Origin: Limisphaerales bacterium
GTDB taxonomy: Bacteria > Verrucomicrobiota > Verrucomicrobiia > Limisphaerales > AAA164-E04
Direction: 5' to 3'
Assembly: GCA_965203425.1 (NCBI GenBank)
Contig: OZ241891.1
Span: 809,310-873,309 of the forward strand
DNA: 64,000 nucleotides
The notes under the pieces were generated by a model. The model saw only the letters and a list, made by a program, of their open reading frames with translations. It was not told the origin of the DNA and did no database searches. The translations under genes and the position numbers were made by a program. Shown here piece after piece: positions 1 through 10,977 of this stretch (position 1 is the stretch's first letter; each line of letters starts with the position of its first letter).

Positions 1-614
1 ATTATCTCCCTATATTCCCAATCATCAAATCGCGGAGAGGGAGTTAAAAGAGACGAAAGAGAAATTTCTATACTTCTCACACGATTCTTTCGAGATTCTC
101 TCTTTTCTTCCGCTTGAGGATCGGGCTCGAACCTAACGAGTATTTTTGAAAGTTCCAACACAGTCGATATTTGATTCTCCGCAGTCCAACGAATTAGAAG
201 ATCTGAGTATTTATGTCCTGAAAACTTAATTTTTACCTCTGCACATTCAAGAATCTTTGATTTAAGCCTCGCCGATTGCTCCCCGGAAAGTTGCAATGCA
301 ATATCTAGAATATCATCACAAACTGTTGGATTCTCCATTTTGGGAAGTTTCAAAACCAATTCAATTACCTTCTCCGGCGCATCAACGCACACGTTTTTTA
401 GATATTGAAACTCCGGCCAGAACGGAAACAGAACAGAATTGTCAGGCAATCGTCTAGCCTTGGGAGGTGATTGAAAGCACTTTTTCTCATCCAACGGTTG
501 AATCCACAAAGGATTTTTTAATCGAGAAAAGAAAAACCAACGGTCAGTTTCTTTTCTAACCAACGACAGAGCTTTTTCAACCATTTTAGTGGTTGGTTTC
601 TTCCAATATTTCAT
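1..614 (-). CDS. Hypothetical protein, 5' part only (runs off window start); overlaps the upstream gene
   Basis: Hand translation from ATG at 614: MKYWKKPTTKMVEKALSLVRKETDRWFFFSRLKNPLWIQPL...FWPEFQYLKNV; absent from ORF track, consistent with truncation at the window edge; low GC. Confidence 0.7.
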   Translation of the reverse strand, partial: MKYWKKPTTKMVEKALSLVRKETDRWFFFSRLKNPLWIQPLDEKKCFQSPPKARRLPDNSVLFPFWPEFQYLKNVCVDAPEKVIELVLKLPKMENPTVCDDILDIALQLSGEQSARLKSKILECAEVKIKFSGHKYSDLLIRWTAENQISTVLELSKILVRFEPDPQAEEKRESRKNRVRSIEISLSSLLTPSPRFDDWEYREI

Positions 615-1236
615 TAATCTCCTTTACTCGCTTGAACTCACTGCTTGCAGCGACGTACATCAATTCGTCAAGTGTTTTAAAATGTTTTATAAGTTCAGAT
701 GGCACTTTGTTAGAGAAATTACTCCTTAGATGAGCATATTTAAGAAACCATCCTTTTAATGTCTTCCATTCCTGTAAGAAATTTTCTGGGATTCTATCTA
801 TATCTGAATAATCTAAAAAGGTTGTAAAGAAAAGAGAAGCATGATCTTTTTCTCTACTATCTCTATGTTTATCAATCAGTTTTTGTATTTTCTGAAACAC
901 TCTATAAGGGATCGATCGTTCTTCTTCTCCGCCATCCCTAAGCTCTCTATCCTCACTCGATTTTGTAATATTTAGTGGTGTACCCCATTTATTTTCCCAT
1001 TCTTTTTCTAGTTCATCTAATTGTTGATGATAGTCCACCCTGCTCCTTGACACACCTGCAACCTCCTTGGGTAATATGTTCATCAAATCTCTGCCTGCGT
1101 GGGAAACAAAGGTGATATACCCTGGAGATTTTTCGTTCAAAAGCGACAATGCGCCTTTGTACGCATCTGCAAAAACAGGCTGATTGAGCTTTTTGTTCAA
1201 CCAGTCAAAGACGCATTGTTGTTTTTCCGTGAGCAT
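586..1236 (-). CDS. Hypothetical 216-aa protein, possibly HEPN-like
   Basis: AT-rich ORF; motifs SHAGRDLMN and WFLKYAHLR; 29-nt overlap with next gene. Confidence 0.7.
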   Translation of the reverse strand: MLTEKQQCVFDWLNKKLNQPVFADAYKGALSLLNEKSPGYITFVSHAGRDLMNILPKEVAGVSRSRVDYHQQLDELEKEWENKWGTPLNITKSSEDRELRDGGEEERSIPYRVFQKIQKLIDKHRDSREKDHASLFFTTFLDYSDIDRIPENFLQEWKTLKGWFLKYAHLRSNFSNKVPSELIKHFKTLDELMYVAASSEFKRVKEINEILEETNH

Positions 1237-1912
1237 TTTTCTACGTTAAAAATTTCTTTGAAATCGGATTGAAACGACTGGCAGCGAAGGTGACGTGGCA
1301 GATCGTGCGGTTTGGGAATCCAGATTGGACTCATCGGGCGAGCGTTCAGTGACGCCGGAAATCGTTCCTCGTTCTGCGGATTTGCCGTGCTCATCCAATT
1401 TTTTCGTTGGAGGATATCCTTTCTGTCGGCGGGAGTCAACCTTAATTTTTTCCTAAATCCATTTCCTCGATTGGATACGGACGGCGGGAAAAAGCAAAAA
1501 GATTCCCTTTTTTTGGGGATTACAAGGTTGACAAACCCGGTCTGAACAGGCAAAGTGTGGTTCGTTTCGCCGATTGAACTTCGGGGGATGATCGCAAAAA
1601 TGCGCATTGCATCGATTATTTGGCGGCGAGAAGTTTTGGAATTGCAGAGGAAAGAAAAAATGCGAAGGTTGACAACGATTCAGTGAAGAAGTAAGATTTC
1701 GTGCATAGAAAGCCCAACGGTGAATTTTGTTTTCATTGTTCGGCGGAAGTCGAATGGTGGATGGGATGCCATTTATGGTGGCTCGATTGAAGACCATTGT
1801 GAGAAATTGGAATCCTTACGGCGCGGCGGAGAGTATACTTTCATGGAGGAGTTCCGCTCATTGAAGAGCCACCGACGAGAATCGTTGGAGCATGCCTAGA
1901 AAAGCCGAAATT

Positions 1913-2319
1913 ATGAAAAGACTGATTGTTTTGATTGGGTTTGCCTGTATCCTTGCAAATGGAAACCCGACAGACCCAAGACACGGGGATGTATAACAGG
2001 TTGGAAATTACCTATCGGGTTTGTGGAGGATATCGAAGAACTGCCGCATTTTAAACGAATAGGACATTGGAATCACCCAGATTGTCCCCGTGGCGATTGG
2101 ATTTCATTTCGTGTCGTGAGTACAGTCATCCTTGAAACATCAACAAGTTTGGAAGGTCCTTGGGAGCATGTTGACACAATTCGGTATAGTGACGTATGGA
2201 GGGAAGCTGAGGGGAGAGGCACGAGAGTCTCTCTCCACAACGTTGTCAGTCACAGATCTGTTGAAATAGACAAGAACGAACCTATGCGGTTTTTTCGTAT
2301 AATAAGCACAAGAGAATAG
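1913..2319 (+). pseudogene. Frameshifted small secreted protein with C-terminal 'LETS..L.GPW...FFR' domain
   Basis: Signal peptide MKRLIVLIGFACILANG from ATG 1913 stops near 1996; body continues in another frame (ORF 2023..2319 ending EPMRFFRIISTRE). Confidence 0.6.
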
Positions 2320-2593
2320 AGATATGCCTGAATTAATTCAAGGACAACTAGAGAATTACATTACAACAAAGCGCGTCGTCAGCAAGGCGCCTATGATGTC
2401 AAAGTCACCCCTTATGGTGCTTTGTATGTGGAGCCGTTTTATGGACGGCTATTGAAGACTTTGACCCCGTCGTCGGCGTTTAACGGGCGTCGTGAGCCGG
2501 TCGGCGTTGTTTGGAAATGAATTCCGCATTTGAAAGATTGAGATTTTTGAGAGACAGAACAACTAAGCAAAACAGAAAATCACAATAGAGATA

Positions 2594-3212
2594 ATGAAAC
2601 GAATAATTGGATTATATGAGTTCGCAAGACAAACATCCATCTATGTCCGCAGTATACAACAAGCGGGCTTAACTAAAATACAACGCTTTGTGTTTGTAAT
2701 CGCAGCATCTTGGCGATTGGATGTTTAAATAGCGAAAATAACGCTATTGTAAAGTACAGAGATGGAAAATCATTAATGACAGAGGTAAAAAAGATGAAGG
2801 TAAATCTCACTCGCATCAATTCAATGGTAAAGATAATATTTTAGAGATATTCTTTTTCGGGGATATTCCCAACTCTATAGATCTAAGAAATTGTAGCGTA
2901 ACTAATATTGTATTTTTCGATAATTCTAAACCTCTTCAAATACTTATTAGAGGATCTAAATTAAACACAATACAATGTTCAAAAGATTCATCGTGGGGTA
3001 TCAGTATATACTCTACTAGATATGTAGGATCTTTGATAAATTGGAAACCTTTACTTGGTAATCAAGGTAAATTCCTAAAAATGTGGAAAATTAAAGAAGA
3101 TATAATTATGGCATGGATTGGCGGTGATCTATATCACTCAGACTTAGACTTAAAAAATCCAGAAAAAAGCAAACTGGAGAAAGATTTGGGAATTAATAAA
3201 AAAACCAATTAA
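2594..3212 (+). pseudogene. Very AT-rich degraded gene, probably a secreted protein
   Basis: About 150-codon open frame (~2760-3212, KSHSHQFNGKDNILEI...IMAWIGGDLYHSD) disconnected from an upstream hydrophobic leader by frameshifts. Confidence 0.4.
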
Positions 3213-3342
3213 TAGCAAAAATATACTAATCTGGAAACACTCTGATATATTAGATCATCCAACTCATGTCTTCAGAGTCAATCCATTCAGTAAGTAAGAA
3301 ATACAATTAACAGATTTGCCCGACGAAACAAATAGCGGATAT

Positions 3343-3540
3343 TGGCCGCCGCATGCTTTGCCGGCGGACTCTGGCAAGCAACGCTCACGATTGAATATAT
3401 ATATATATTAGAAGGCATTGAAGGCATTCGCCATGAGTTGCAGGTAGATGCCGATGGAGAGGTTTTGAAATTTGAAGACATCTCCCCTTACCAGCCTGAC
3501 TTTACCTGAAGGATTGAGGAGTTTAAGAATGTTGACATTA
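3343..3540 (+). pseudogene. 5' remnant of LRR surface-protein gene, paralog of 53942..54899
   Basis: Near-identical DNA to ~53980-54170 (gccgcatgctttgccggcggactctggcaa; cgccatgagttgcaggtagatgccgatg); carries (AT)7 at 3395-3408 and indels. Confidence 0.8.
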
Positions 3541-3803
3541 TGGGATCGTAAATTGACTTTGGGTGTTGACTTGATGCAAATTTTGCGCATCAGCTACCAA
3601 CAATCCTAGTACAAAAAACGCAAATGATCCCCAACAAAGTCAGACGAAGTCTGGTAGAAGCGAGAATGGAATCTAGCTGCGCCGTCAACTTAAACTGGGC
3701 AACCTTTCCTGGCTTTCTCAACACAACCTCATTCTCTGGAATCTTCGGCTTCGGCATAAAGCGATCTTCCCCGTCCCAAACACGGCAAGACTCAAAGCAA
3801 ACC

Positions 3804-4379
3804 CTACTCCCTTGGAATCGTGAGATCCAACTCCGCCGCCCTTGACTGCCTCTCTGCTCTTTGCTCCGCCGTCAACAGATTTTCCAAAGCCTCGATGATC
3901 TCGCCCACTTCTTCGTCCCATCGATTTTTGGCCAAGAGAACCCACGCATATGCTTCAATATTGTTCTCCGGCATCCTTTCGCCATAGTAATACATCGAGC
4001 CAAGGCTGAATTGCGCTTCGGCATCCCCTTACTCGGCAGCTCTCCGATACCACTTCGCGGCTTCAACATAACTATGAGGGACGTCTCGGCCATAATAATA
4101 CATCTCGCCAAGTTCGAATTGTGATTCGGCATGCCCTTGCTCGGCAGCTCTCCGATACCACTTCACCGCTTCGACATCATTCTCTGGCACGCCTATGCCT
4201 GTGGAATACATCAAGCCTAGATTGAATTGCGCCTCGGCGTTGCCGGCTTGGGCTTTTTTCTTCAGGGATTCTATGGATTCCTCGGTTCCGCAGGCCGTGA
4301 GCAGGGCAATAATTGTGAGCGCGGCGGCCAACAAAGCCGAGCCTTTCCTATTTGTGAACAGCAACGTTGTTTGCTTCAT
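3804..4379 (-). pseudogene. Sel1-repeat lipoprotein interrupted by a nonsense codon
   Basis: ORFs 4029..4379 and 3804..3995 are in the same frame; TAA at 4029-4031 replaces Q of AAEQG; C-terminus LTAEQRAERQSRAAELD matches 5413..6564. Confidence 0.85.
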
Positions 4380-4502
4380 AACCTGTTTTATTTCTCAAAG
4401 GTTTAATCTGGCATGGGAAGAGTGACATAAAGGAACAAAAAGGAAACGAAACTTTTCCATGGATTTTTCTATCCTGTTTCGATTGTTCGTCCGTGTTTGT
4501 TT

Positions 4503-5309
4503 TTAGATGGTGGGTTCTCCGGGTTTTTTGGGTTGCTGGCGGGCGATTTGGGCGCGAAGGAGGTGAATTCGGCGAGGATTGGCTGAGGTGGCAAAGTCCG
4601 CAGCGCGCAAGCGGCCGGGATTTTCCGTGTTTTTTTGGGCAAAGTGGTCGAGGGCTTGAAGGAGAAGGTCGCCTTCTTCTTCGGAGATTTGCAGGGAAAG
4701 GGATTGGGCTTGACCAAGTTTGAAGCCGCGGCGGGCAAGTTCCAAGAAAAGCGAGCAAGGTTCAAGGCAGACAAGACCGGGTTCGGCAAGATTGGAAGGC
4801 GGTTTGGATTCGCGATTTTCGGCGGCGCTCCAAAGTCTTTGTTTGAAGCAGAGTCGATCATCACAACAAGCATCGGCAACGCATTGCGCTTGCTCGCTGT
4901 TTAGCTTGGCAACGACGCGGAACATGCCGGATTGCCGAGCGACAAATTCGGAGAAATGAACGGCGGTTTTTTTGCGTTGGCGGAAGGCGTGCCAATCGCC
5001 AAGAGCGCCGGGATAAACAGCGTTGAGGATGCGCCAAAGGTCTTCGGAAGAAGAAGCAATAGCGCGCCAGCCGGCGGGAAGATCGGGAGCCGAACGCAAA
5101 GGACGAAAGCGGCCAGATGCGTCTTTGGAAAGGCGGGCGCGGAGTTCTTTGGCGGAGAGAAGTTCCAGTTGCTCGGCGGGAGTTTCGGCATCGTTGCCAT
5201 GGCGAACTTCATAGCGTTCTTCACGGCAAGCAACGACAACTTGGCCAAAAATCCGAGCAGGGCGAAGTGTCTTTATAAAGGAGGCAACTGCAGGATTGAA
5301 AAAGTTCAC
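4503..5309 (-). CDS. DR2241-family (CbiX-associated) putative Fe-S protein
   Basis: GRFRPLRSAPDLPAGW, RQSGMF, CC....C.K.RLW and CLEPC motifs. Confidence 0.7.
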   Translation of the reverse strand: MNFFNPAVASFIKTLRPARIFGQVVVACREERYEVRHGNDAETPAEQLELLSAKELRARLSKDASGRFRPLRSAPDLPAGWRAIASSSEDLWRILNAVYPGALGDWHAFRQRKKTAVHFSEFVARQSGMFRVVAKLNSEQAQCVADACCDDRLCFKQRLWSAAENRESKPPSNLAEPGLVCLEPCSLFLELARRGFKLGQAQSLSLQISEEEGDLLLQALDHFAQKNTENPGRLRAADFATSANPRRIHLLRAQIARQQPKKPGEPTI

Positions 5310-5412
5310 AAAGGAAGTTTTAGCAAAATTTAGATTTTGTTTTTAGCAAATTAGCACGACGATAGAAAACAGCCAAACAGCCGACAATGGTATGCGCTGA
5401 CGGCGACGTTAT

Positions 5413-6564
5413 TTACTGTAAGCTGGGAAGTGAGGAAATAGTTCGATCCAACTCCGCCGCCCTTGCCTGCCTCTCTACCCGTTGCTCCGCCGTCAAACGC
5501 TTATCTAAATCTTCGACGGCCTTATTCGCACCCTCGTCTCCTTGCTCCTTGGCCAAAAGAAACCACGCATAAGCATCAACATAATCCTCCGAAACGCCTC
5601 TGCCTTTGTAATACGCTACACCAAGGTTGTATTGCGCCTCGGCATACCCTTGCTCGGCTGCCTTTCGAATCCACTTTACCGCTTCAACATCACTCTTGGG
5701 CACGCCTCGGCCTCGGTAAGCATATCTCAATCCAAGGTTGTTCTGCGCTTCGGCAAGTCCTTGCTCGGCTGCTTTCCGAATCCATTTTGCCGCTTCAACA
5801 TCACTCTTGGGCACTCCTTCGCCTTTGGTATACGCTACACCAAGGTTGTATTGCGCTCTGGCATTTCCTTGCTCGGCCGCCTTCCGATACCACTTCACTG
5901 CTTCAATATCATCTTTCGGCACGCCTTTTCCTTCGTAATACCTTACGCCAAGATTGTGTTGCGCTAAGTCATCCCCTTGTTCGGCCGCCTTTCGAATCCA
6001 CTTCACCGCTTCAACGACATCTTTTGGCACGCCTTGGCCTTTGGCATACATAGAGCCAAGGAGGTTTTGCGCTTTAGCATGCCCTTGCTCGGCCGCCTTC
6101 CGAAACCACTTCACTGCCTCGAAGTCATTCTGAGGTACGCCTTGGCCACCGCGATACATCCCGCCAAGGTTGAGTTGCGCCAAGACATGCCCTTGCTCTG
6201 CCGCTTTCCGAAACCATTTTGCCGCTTCAGTGTCATTCTTTGGCAAGCCTTCGCCTGTCAAATACCTCCAGCCAAGAGTGTATTGCGCTCCGGCATGCCC
6301 TTGTTCAGCCGCCTTCCGATACCACTTCACGGATTCAATATCATTCTCCGGCACGCCTATGCCTTCATCAAACATGAAGCCGAAGTCGAACTGCGCTTGG
6401 GCATCACCGGCTTCGGCTTTTCCCTTCAGGGATTCTAAATATTCATTAGTTGCTGCGGAGTCTGAGGGTTCGCAGGCTGTGAATATGAGCAGGGCGAGGA
6501 GCGGGATCAACACAATGGCGAATAATCGGGCCAGGCGGTTTGCTAAGCGAATTGTGGATTTCAT
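5413..6564 (-). CDS. Sel1-like repeat lipoprotein (about 8 repeats)
   Basis: 36-aa AQYNLG..Y..G.GVP.....A.KW.RKAAEQG repeats; lipobox IFTAC; ORF track starts at 6603, ATG 6564 preferred. Confidence 0.92.
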   Translation of the reverse strand: MKSTIRLANRLARLFAIVLIPLLALLIFTACEPSDSAATNEYLESLKGKAEAGDAQAQFDFGFMFDEGIGVPENDIESVKWYRKAAEQGHAGAQYTLGWRYLTGEGLPKNDTEAAKWFRKAAEQGHVLAQLNLGGMYRGGQGVPQNDFEAVKWFRKAAEQGHAKAQNLLGSMYAKGQGVPKDVVEAVKWIRKAAEQGDDLAQHNLGVRYYEGKGVPKDDIEAVKWYRKAAEQGNARAQYNLGVAYTKGEGVPKSDVEAAKWIRKAAEQGLAEAQNNLGLRYAYRGRGVPKSDVEAVKWIRKAAEQGYAEAQYNLGVAYYKGRGVSEDYVDAYAWFLLAKEQGDEGANKAVEDLDKRLTAEQRVERQARAAELDRTISSLPSLQ

Positions 6565-6698
6565 AGAAAGGAAAAGATAGCGGCGGTCGCTAGTTTTTGT
6601 CAAAACCGAATTTTATTTTGTCGAAAATCCAAACGGACAAAGTGCGTTCACAAAAGCGGCAACGGGCAACATCTTGGTTTTGTCAAAGCGGGGTTTTA

Positions 6699-9600
6699 TT
6701 AGGCGGGTGACAAGTCTGCGGGCAAGGGATTGGTTTCTTCTTGGGTTTCTTCGGTTTTTTCGGGTTGTTCGGTTTGTGGTGCCGGTTTTTCTTCGGGGGG
6801 GTGGTTGTTGGGTTCTTTTTGGAATTTGACGCTGACCAAACGGCTGACGCCGCGTTCTTGCATGGTGACGCCATAAAGAACGTCGGCGGCGCTGATGGTT
6901 CGTTTGTTGTGGGTGATGATGATGAACTGGGAGTGCTGGAGGAAGCGTTTGAGGATGTTGAGGAAGCGGTCGATGTTGGATTCGTCCAGCGGGGCGTCCA
7001 GCTCGTCCAGCAGGCAAAAGGGGCTGGGCTGGACTTGGTAAATGGCGAAGAGAAGGGCGACAGCGGTCATGGTTTGTTCGCCGCCGGAGAGGAGGCGGAT
7101 GTTTTGGAGGCGTTTGCCGGGCGGGCGGGCGACGATGTCGATGCCGCTTTCTAGAACGTCGGTTTGGTTGCTGAGGTTGAGGTCGGCGTTGCCGCCGGCA
7201 AAGATTTCTTGGAAGAGGATGCGGAAGTTGTCGCGGATGCGGTGGAAGGTTTGGAGGAACATTTCGCGGGTTTGGGCGTGGATGCGGTTGAGGACTTCGT
7301 GGAGTTCGGTTTTGGCTTGGACGAGGTCGTTGTGTTGGTTGGTGAGGAATTGGAAGCGTTGTTCAGTTTCTTGGCATTCTTCGATGGCGACAAGGTTGAC
7401 GGGGCCGATGGAGTCTAGTTTTTGTTGTAGGAGGCGGATTTGTTGGACGACGGCTTCCCAGTTGGTGGCGATGCCGGCTTGTTGCATTTCTTCGGGGGAG
7501 AGGGTTTGGATTCTGGTTTGGCCTTCGAGGGTTTCGGTGATGGTGATGGTTTCGCTGCGGATGTCGAGGAGGTTGGTTTGGTATTTTTCTTCGATTCTGC
7601 GGCAGATGTTTTTGGCTTGGAGTTCGTCTTGGGCGAGGGAGAGTTCGAGTTGGTGTTTTTGTTGGCGGTTTTGTTCGAGTTGATCGCGGAGGGTTTGGAG
7701 TTCGGTTTCGCTTTGGTTGATTTGGGTTTTGTGAACGGCGCTTTGCTGGAGGAGTTGGTTGGTTTTTTGTTGGTTGGTTTTTTGTTGGTTGGCGAGGGAT
7801 TGGAGTTGTTGGCGGCTGTCGGCGAGGGCGTTTTGGCTTTGGGATTGTTTGGCGAGGATGGTTTGGGTTTGGTTGCGGTGTTGGGCGATGGTTTGGGCGA
7901 GTTCTTCCAAGCGTTGTTTGAGGGGTTGTTGTTGGTTGGCGAGGGCGGCGAAGGATTCTTGGCCGGCGGCCAGGTTGATTTTGGCTTGGGTGAGTTGTTC
8001 GTTGGCTTGGGTTTGTTGGAGGCGGGTTTGTTCGAGTTGTTGGGCAAGGTTTTGGAGGGAGGTTTCGGCGTCTGCGGCTTGGGTTTGGAGGCGTTCGGCG
8101 TCTGCGGTCAGTTGATTTTGTTGGGCGAGGGTTTCTTCTTGTTGGCGGGCGAGGGTTTGGATTTCGAAGAGGACGGTTTCGATTTTTTGGCGAAGCAGGG
8201 ATTGGGAGTTGTTGAGGGCGGAGTGTTGGCCTTTGGCAGATGCGAGGGCGACTTCGGCGGTTTTGAGATCGGCTTGGGCTTGCTGCAGTTGGGTTTGCAA
8301 GGCGGTTTGTTCGGCTGTGAGTTCTTCTTTTTGGCAGGTTTTTTGGTCGATAGTTTTTTGGAGTTGGCGTTCGGAGTCGCTTAGTTTGCGGATTTGGTTT
8401 TTGCGGCCGAGGATGGAGGCGGCCGGCTGGTTGGATTTGTCTTTGCGGCCGGCAAGAAAGAGGCCTTGTTGGGTGAGGAGTTCGCCGTCTTGGGTGACAA
8501 AGTCGTATTGGCCTTGGGTTTGTTTCCAGAGGTGGGTGGCTTGCTCCAGATCGGAAACGAGAAAGGTTTGACCGAGTAAGGTTTGAATTACGGGAGTGGC
8601 TGGTGGTTCGGCGGAGATAAGGTCGGCAAGGGGCAATGCGTCTGGTGGCAAGTCGGAGGCGGGATTGGGATTGGTTGGCGGGGTGGTTTTGGCGGCGAAC
8701 AGTTGTAGGGAAAGGAGGCGGGCTTGGCCTTTTTTGGCGTCGCGCAGTTGTTGGATAAGTTGTTCGGCGTCGGTTTGGGATTGCGCAATCAGGGTTTGGA
8801 GGCGGCTGCCGAGCGCGGCTTCGATGGCCGCGAGGTATTCGTCGGGAGCGTGAAGGAAATCTGCCAAAGAGCCGAGGAGATGGGAGGATTGGGCAAGGGC
8901 GGTTGCGGCGGCTTGGTCAAAGCCTTCTCGTTCGGCGTCTAGTTGCCGCAACAAGGCCAGACGGGAACGTTGTTCGGTTTGTTGTTGGAGCAGATTGTCC
9001 AATTGGTTGGTTTGCTCGGCGGATTGGGTTTGCAAGATTTCCCAGCGGCTTTGACGTTGTTGAAGCTCGGCGCGGCGTTGCTGGGCTTGCTGGGTTTGGG
9101 CGGATTGTTCGGTTGCCAGTCGTTCTAGCGAATCGGCCAACTGAATCCGTTCTTCTTCCAACTGGCGCTTTTCGGTGGAAAGCTTTTCCAGCCTTGTTTC
9201 TTGGTTTTTTTTTAGCAAGTCTAATGCGCTTGTTTGGTTGCGGTTTTCCGCTAATTCCTGCGCTTTTGCAAAGGCTTCTTTCTGCATTTGGCGATGCGCT
9301 TCTTCTGTTATTCTCAGGCTTTCTTCGATTTCGTCCGTCTTGCTTTGGCTCTCTTCAAGGAAACTCTTTTGGTCGGCTAAGGTTTGCTCGGCTTCCTGCA
9401 ACTTTGCCCGCAAGGCGTTTTGCTCTTTCTCGCTCTCTTGTAGCCGTTGCTCCGCCCGCTCTATCGCTTCGTTGGCTCGTCGCTCTTCCTCCGACGACTC
9501 TCGTTGTCGCTCTTCCTCAAAGCCAATCCGACTCCTCTGTTGCTCAATCTGGTTCTCTATCGCCAAACCCTCTTCTCTCGCTTGATGAATGCCTCGATCC

Positions 9601-10454
9601 AACCCGGCAGCCGCTTCCCGTTCTTGACGCAAGCCTTCTTCTGCCTCAATCCTCCGCTCCGTTCCCAACGCCATCTCTCCGCTCAATCGTTCCGCCTCCG
9701 CTTTCTTCCCCACAATGCCCGCTTCCAAGCCGTCATATTCATGCCGAGCATGTTGCGTTTCTAAATGTTGCAGCTCCGCCCGAATCTGTTGATACCGACG
9801 CGCCTTTCCCGCCTGCCTTTGCAACGAGCCAATCTGCCGCTTCACTTCCCTAATCAAATCTTCCACTCGCCTCAGGTTCTGCTCCGTTGCCTCCAGTTTT
9901 CGCATCGCCTCCCGCTTCTGCGCTTTAAACCTCGTAATCCCCGCCGCCTCTTCAAACAACATCCGCCGCTCTTCCGGCTTGCTCGACAATATTTGCGTGA
10001 TATGCCCCTGCGCCATGATGCTGTAACTCGCCCGTCCCACGCCCGTCCCCAAAAACAACTGCTGAATATCCTTCAACCGACAAGGCGCTTTGTTAATGAA
10101 GTAATCACTACCGCCGTCGCGAAACACCCGTCGCGTCAAAGTCACTTCGTTGTAGTCCAATGGGATGCCGGCCGCTTCGAGCGACTCCTCGTCTATGCCG
10201 CTCATCGTCAGCGACACTTCCGCCATCCCCAACGCCTTGCGCTGATCAGTGCCGTTGAAAATCACATCGGCCATCTCTCCGCCCCGCAACGCCTTGGCCG
10301 ATTGCTCCCCCAACACCCAACGAACCGCATCCGCCACATTCGACTTCCCACAGCCGTTCGGACCGACAATCGCCGTCATCCCCGCCTCAAAGTCCATAGC
10401 GGTTCGCTCGGCAAACGACTTGAATCCCAACAACGTCAGATTCTTCAACTGCAT
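6699..10454 (-). CDS. smc: Chromosome segregation protein SMC
   Basis: GFKSF, Walker [10 protein letters not shown], hinge, LSGGE signature, LDELDAPLD Walker B. Confidence 0.97.
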   Translation of the reverse strand: MQLKNLTLLGFKSFAERTAMDFEAGMTAIVGPNGCGKSNVADAVRWVLGEQSAKALRGGEMADVIFNGTDQRKALGMAEVSLTMSGIDEESLEAAGIPLDYNEVTLTRRVFRDGGSDYFINKAPCRLKDIQQLFLGTGVGRASYSIMAQGHITQILSSKPEERRMLFEEAAGITRFKAQKREAMRKLEATEQNLRRVEDLIREVKRQIGSLQRQAGKARRYQQIRAELQHLETQHARHEYDGLEAGIVGKKAEAERLSGEMALGTERRIEAEEGLRQEREAAAGLDRGIHQAREEGLAIENQIEQQRSRIGFEEERQRESSEEERRANEAIERAEQRLQESEKEQNALRAKLQEAEQTLADQKSFLEESQSKTDEIEESLRITEEAHRQMQKEAFAKAQELAENRNQTSALDLLKKNQETRLEKLSTEKRQLEEERIQLADSLERLATEQSAQTQQAQQRRAELQQRQSRWEILQTQSAEQTNQLDNLLQQQTEQRSRLALLRQLDAEREGFDQAAATALAQSSHLLGSLADFLHAPDEYLAAIEAALGSRLQTLIAQSQTDAEQLIQQLRDAKKGQARLLSLQLFAAKTTPPTNPNPASDLPPDALPLADLISAEPPATPVIQTLLGQTFLVSDLEQATHLWKQTQGQYDFVTQDGELLTQQGLFLAGRKDKSNQPAASILGRKNQIRKLSDSERQLQKTIDQKTCQKEELTAEQTALQTQLQQAQADLKTAEVALASAKGQHSALNNSQSLLRQKIETVLFEIQTLARQQEETLAQQNQLTADAERLQTQAADAETSLQNLAQQLEQTRLQQTQANEQLTQAKINLAAGQESFAALANQQQPLKQRLEELAQTIAQHRNQTQTILAKQSQSQNALADSRQQLQSLANQQKTNQQKTNQLLQQSAVHKTQINQSETELQTLRDQLEQNRQQKHQLELSLAQDELQAKNICRRIEEKYQTNLLDIRSETITITETLEGQTRIQTLSPEEMQQAGIATNWEAVVQQIRLLQQKLDSIGPVNLVAIEECQETEQRFQFLTNQHNDLVQAKTELHEVLNRIHAQTREMFLQTFHRIRDNFRILFQEIFAGGNADLNLSNQTDVLESGIDIVARPPGKRLQNIRLLSGGEQTMTAVALLFAIYQVQPSPFCLLDELDAPLDESNIDRFLNILKRFLQHSQFIIITHNKRTISAADVLYGVTMQERGVSRLVSVKFQKEPNNHPPEEKPAPQTEQPEKTEETQEETNPLPADLSPA

Positions 10455-10977
10455 CGGCAGGCAAAATGCCAGCATTCCCTAGCCAAACAAAGCCAAAAAA
10501 CTACAAACCAAAAAACGCTTAACAAGAACAACAGCGAAACGCCGGGCAAAACTCACGACCAAAACAAACCACTCGGCAGCCTTTCTACATCCCCAGTTCT
10601 TTCTCAAATCATAAAGCGCAATCTTGCCCTCTCCTTATCCCAAGCATCCACAAAATGTTCGCTTGACAGCCGACTGAATAGAGCGGGTTGGATAATATTG
10701 CGGCACAACGAATTAGAAAAGAAAAAGGCGTCAATAACAATTGAAGAGGGAATTCGCTATGTAGGTTTTGATGGATAAGAGGAAAAAGAAGAGGAAACAT
10801 GGTGAATAACAATCTAGATTGTAAAACAAGCCCGGCATGACAATCTTATGATGGCTTTGCTTGTTCCCTGAGAATGAGCACAAGATCCAGAGAACAAGTC
10901 TAGCTTTCTCTTATATGGACAACGACTTAGTCGGTTGTGGAAGCCTAAGCATGTCTATGCAAAGCGGAAAAGATAGC

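Noticed and set aside
3343-3540. Diversity-generating retroelement template/variable repeat pair with ~53980-54170
   Set aside because: Differences include indels and are not adenine-specific, the repeat is at the gene 5' end, and no reverse transcriptase is present.
10663-10696. TTGACA...GATAAT promoter
   Set aside because: Spacer of about 22 nt is too long and no intact downstream gene is on that strand.
6741-10778. Long antisense/alternate-frame ORFs over smc (likewise over recN, CotH and the debranching gene)
   Set aside because: Low-complexity shadows; skewed composition depletes stop codons and no motifs are recognisable.
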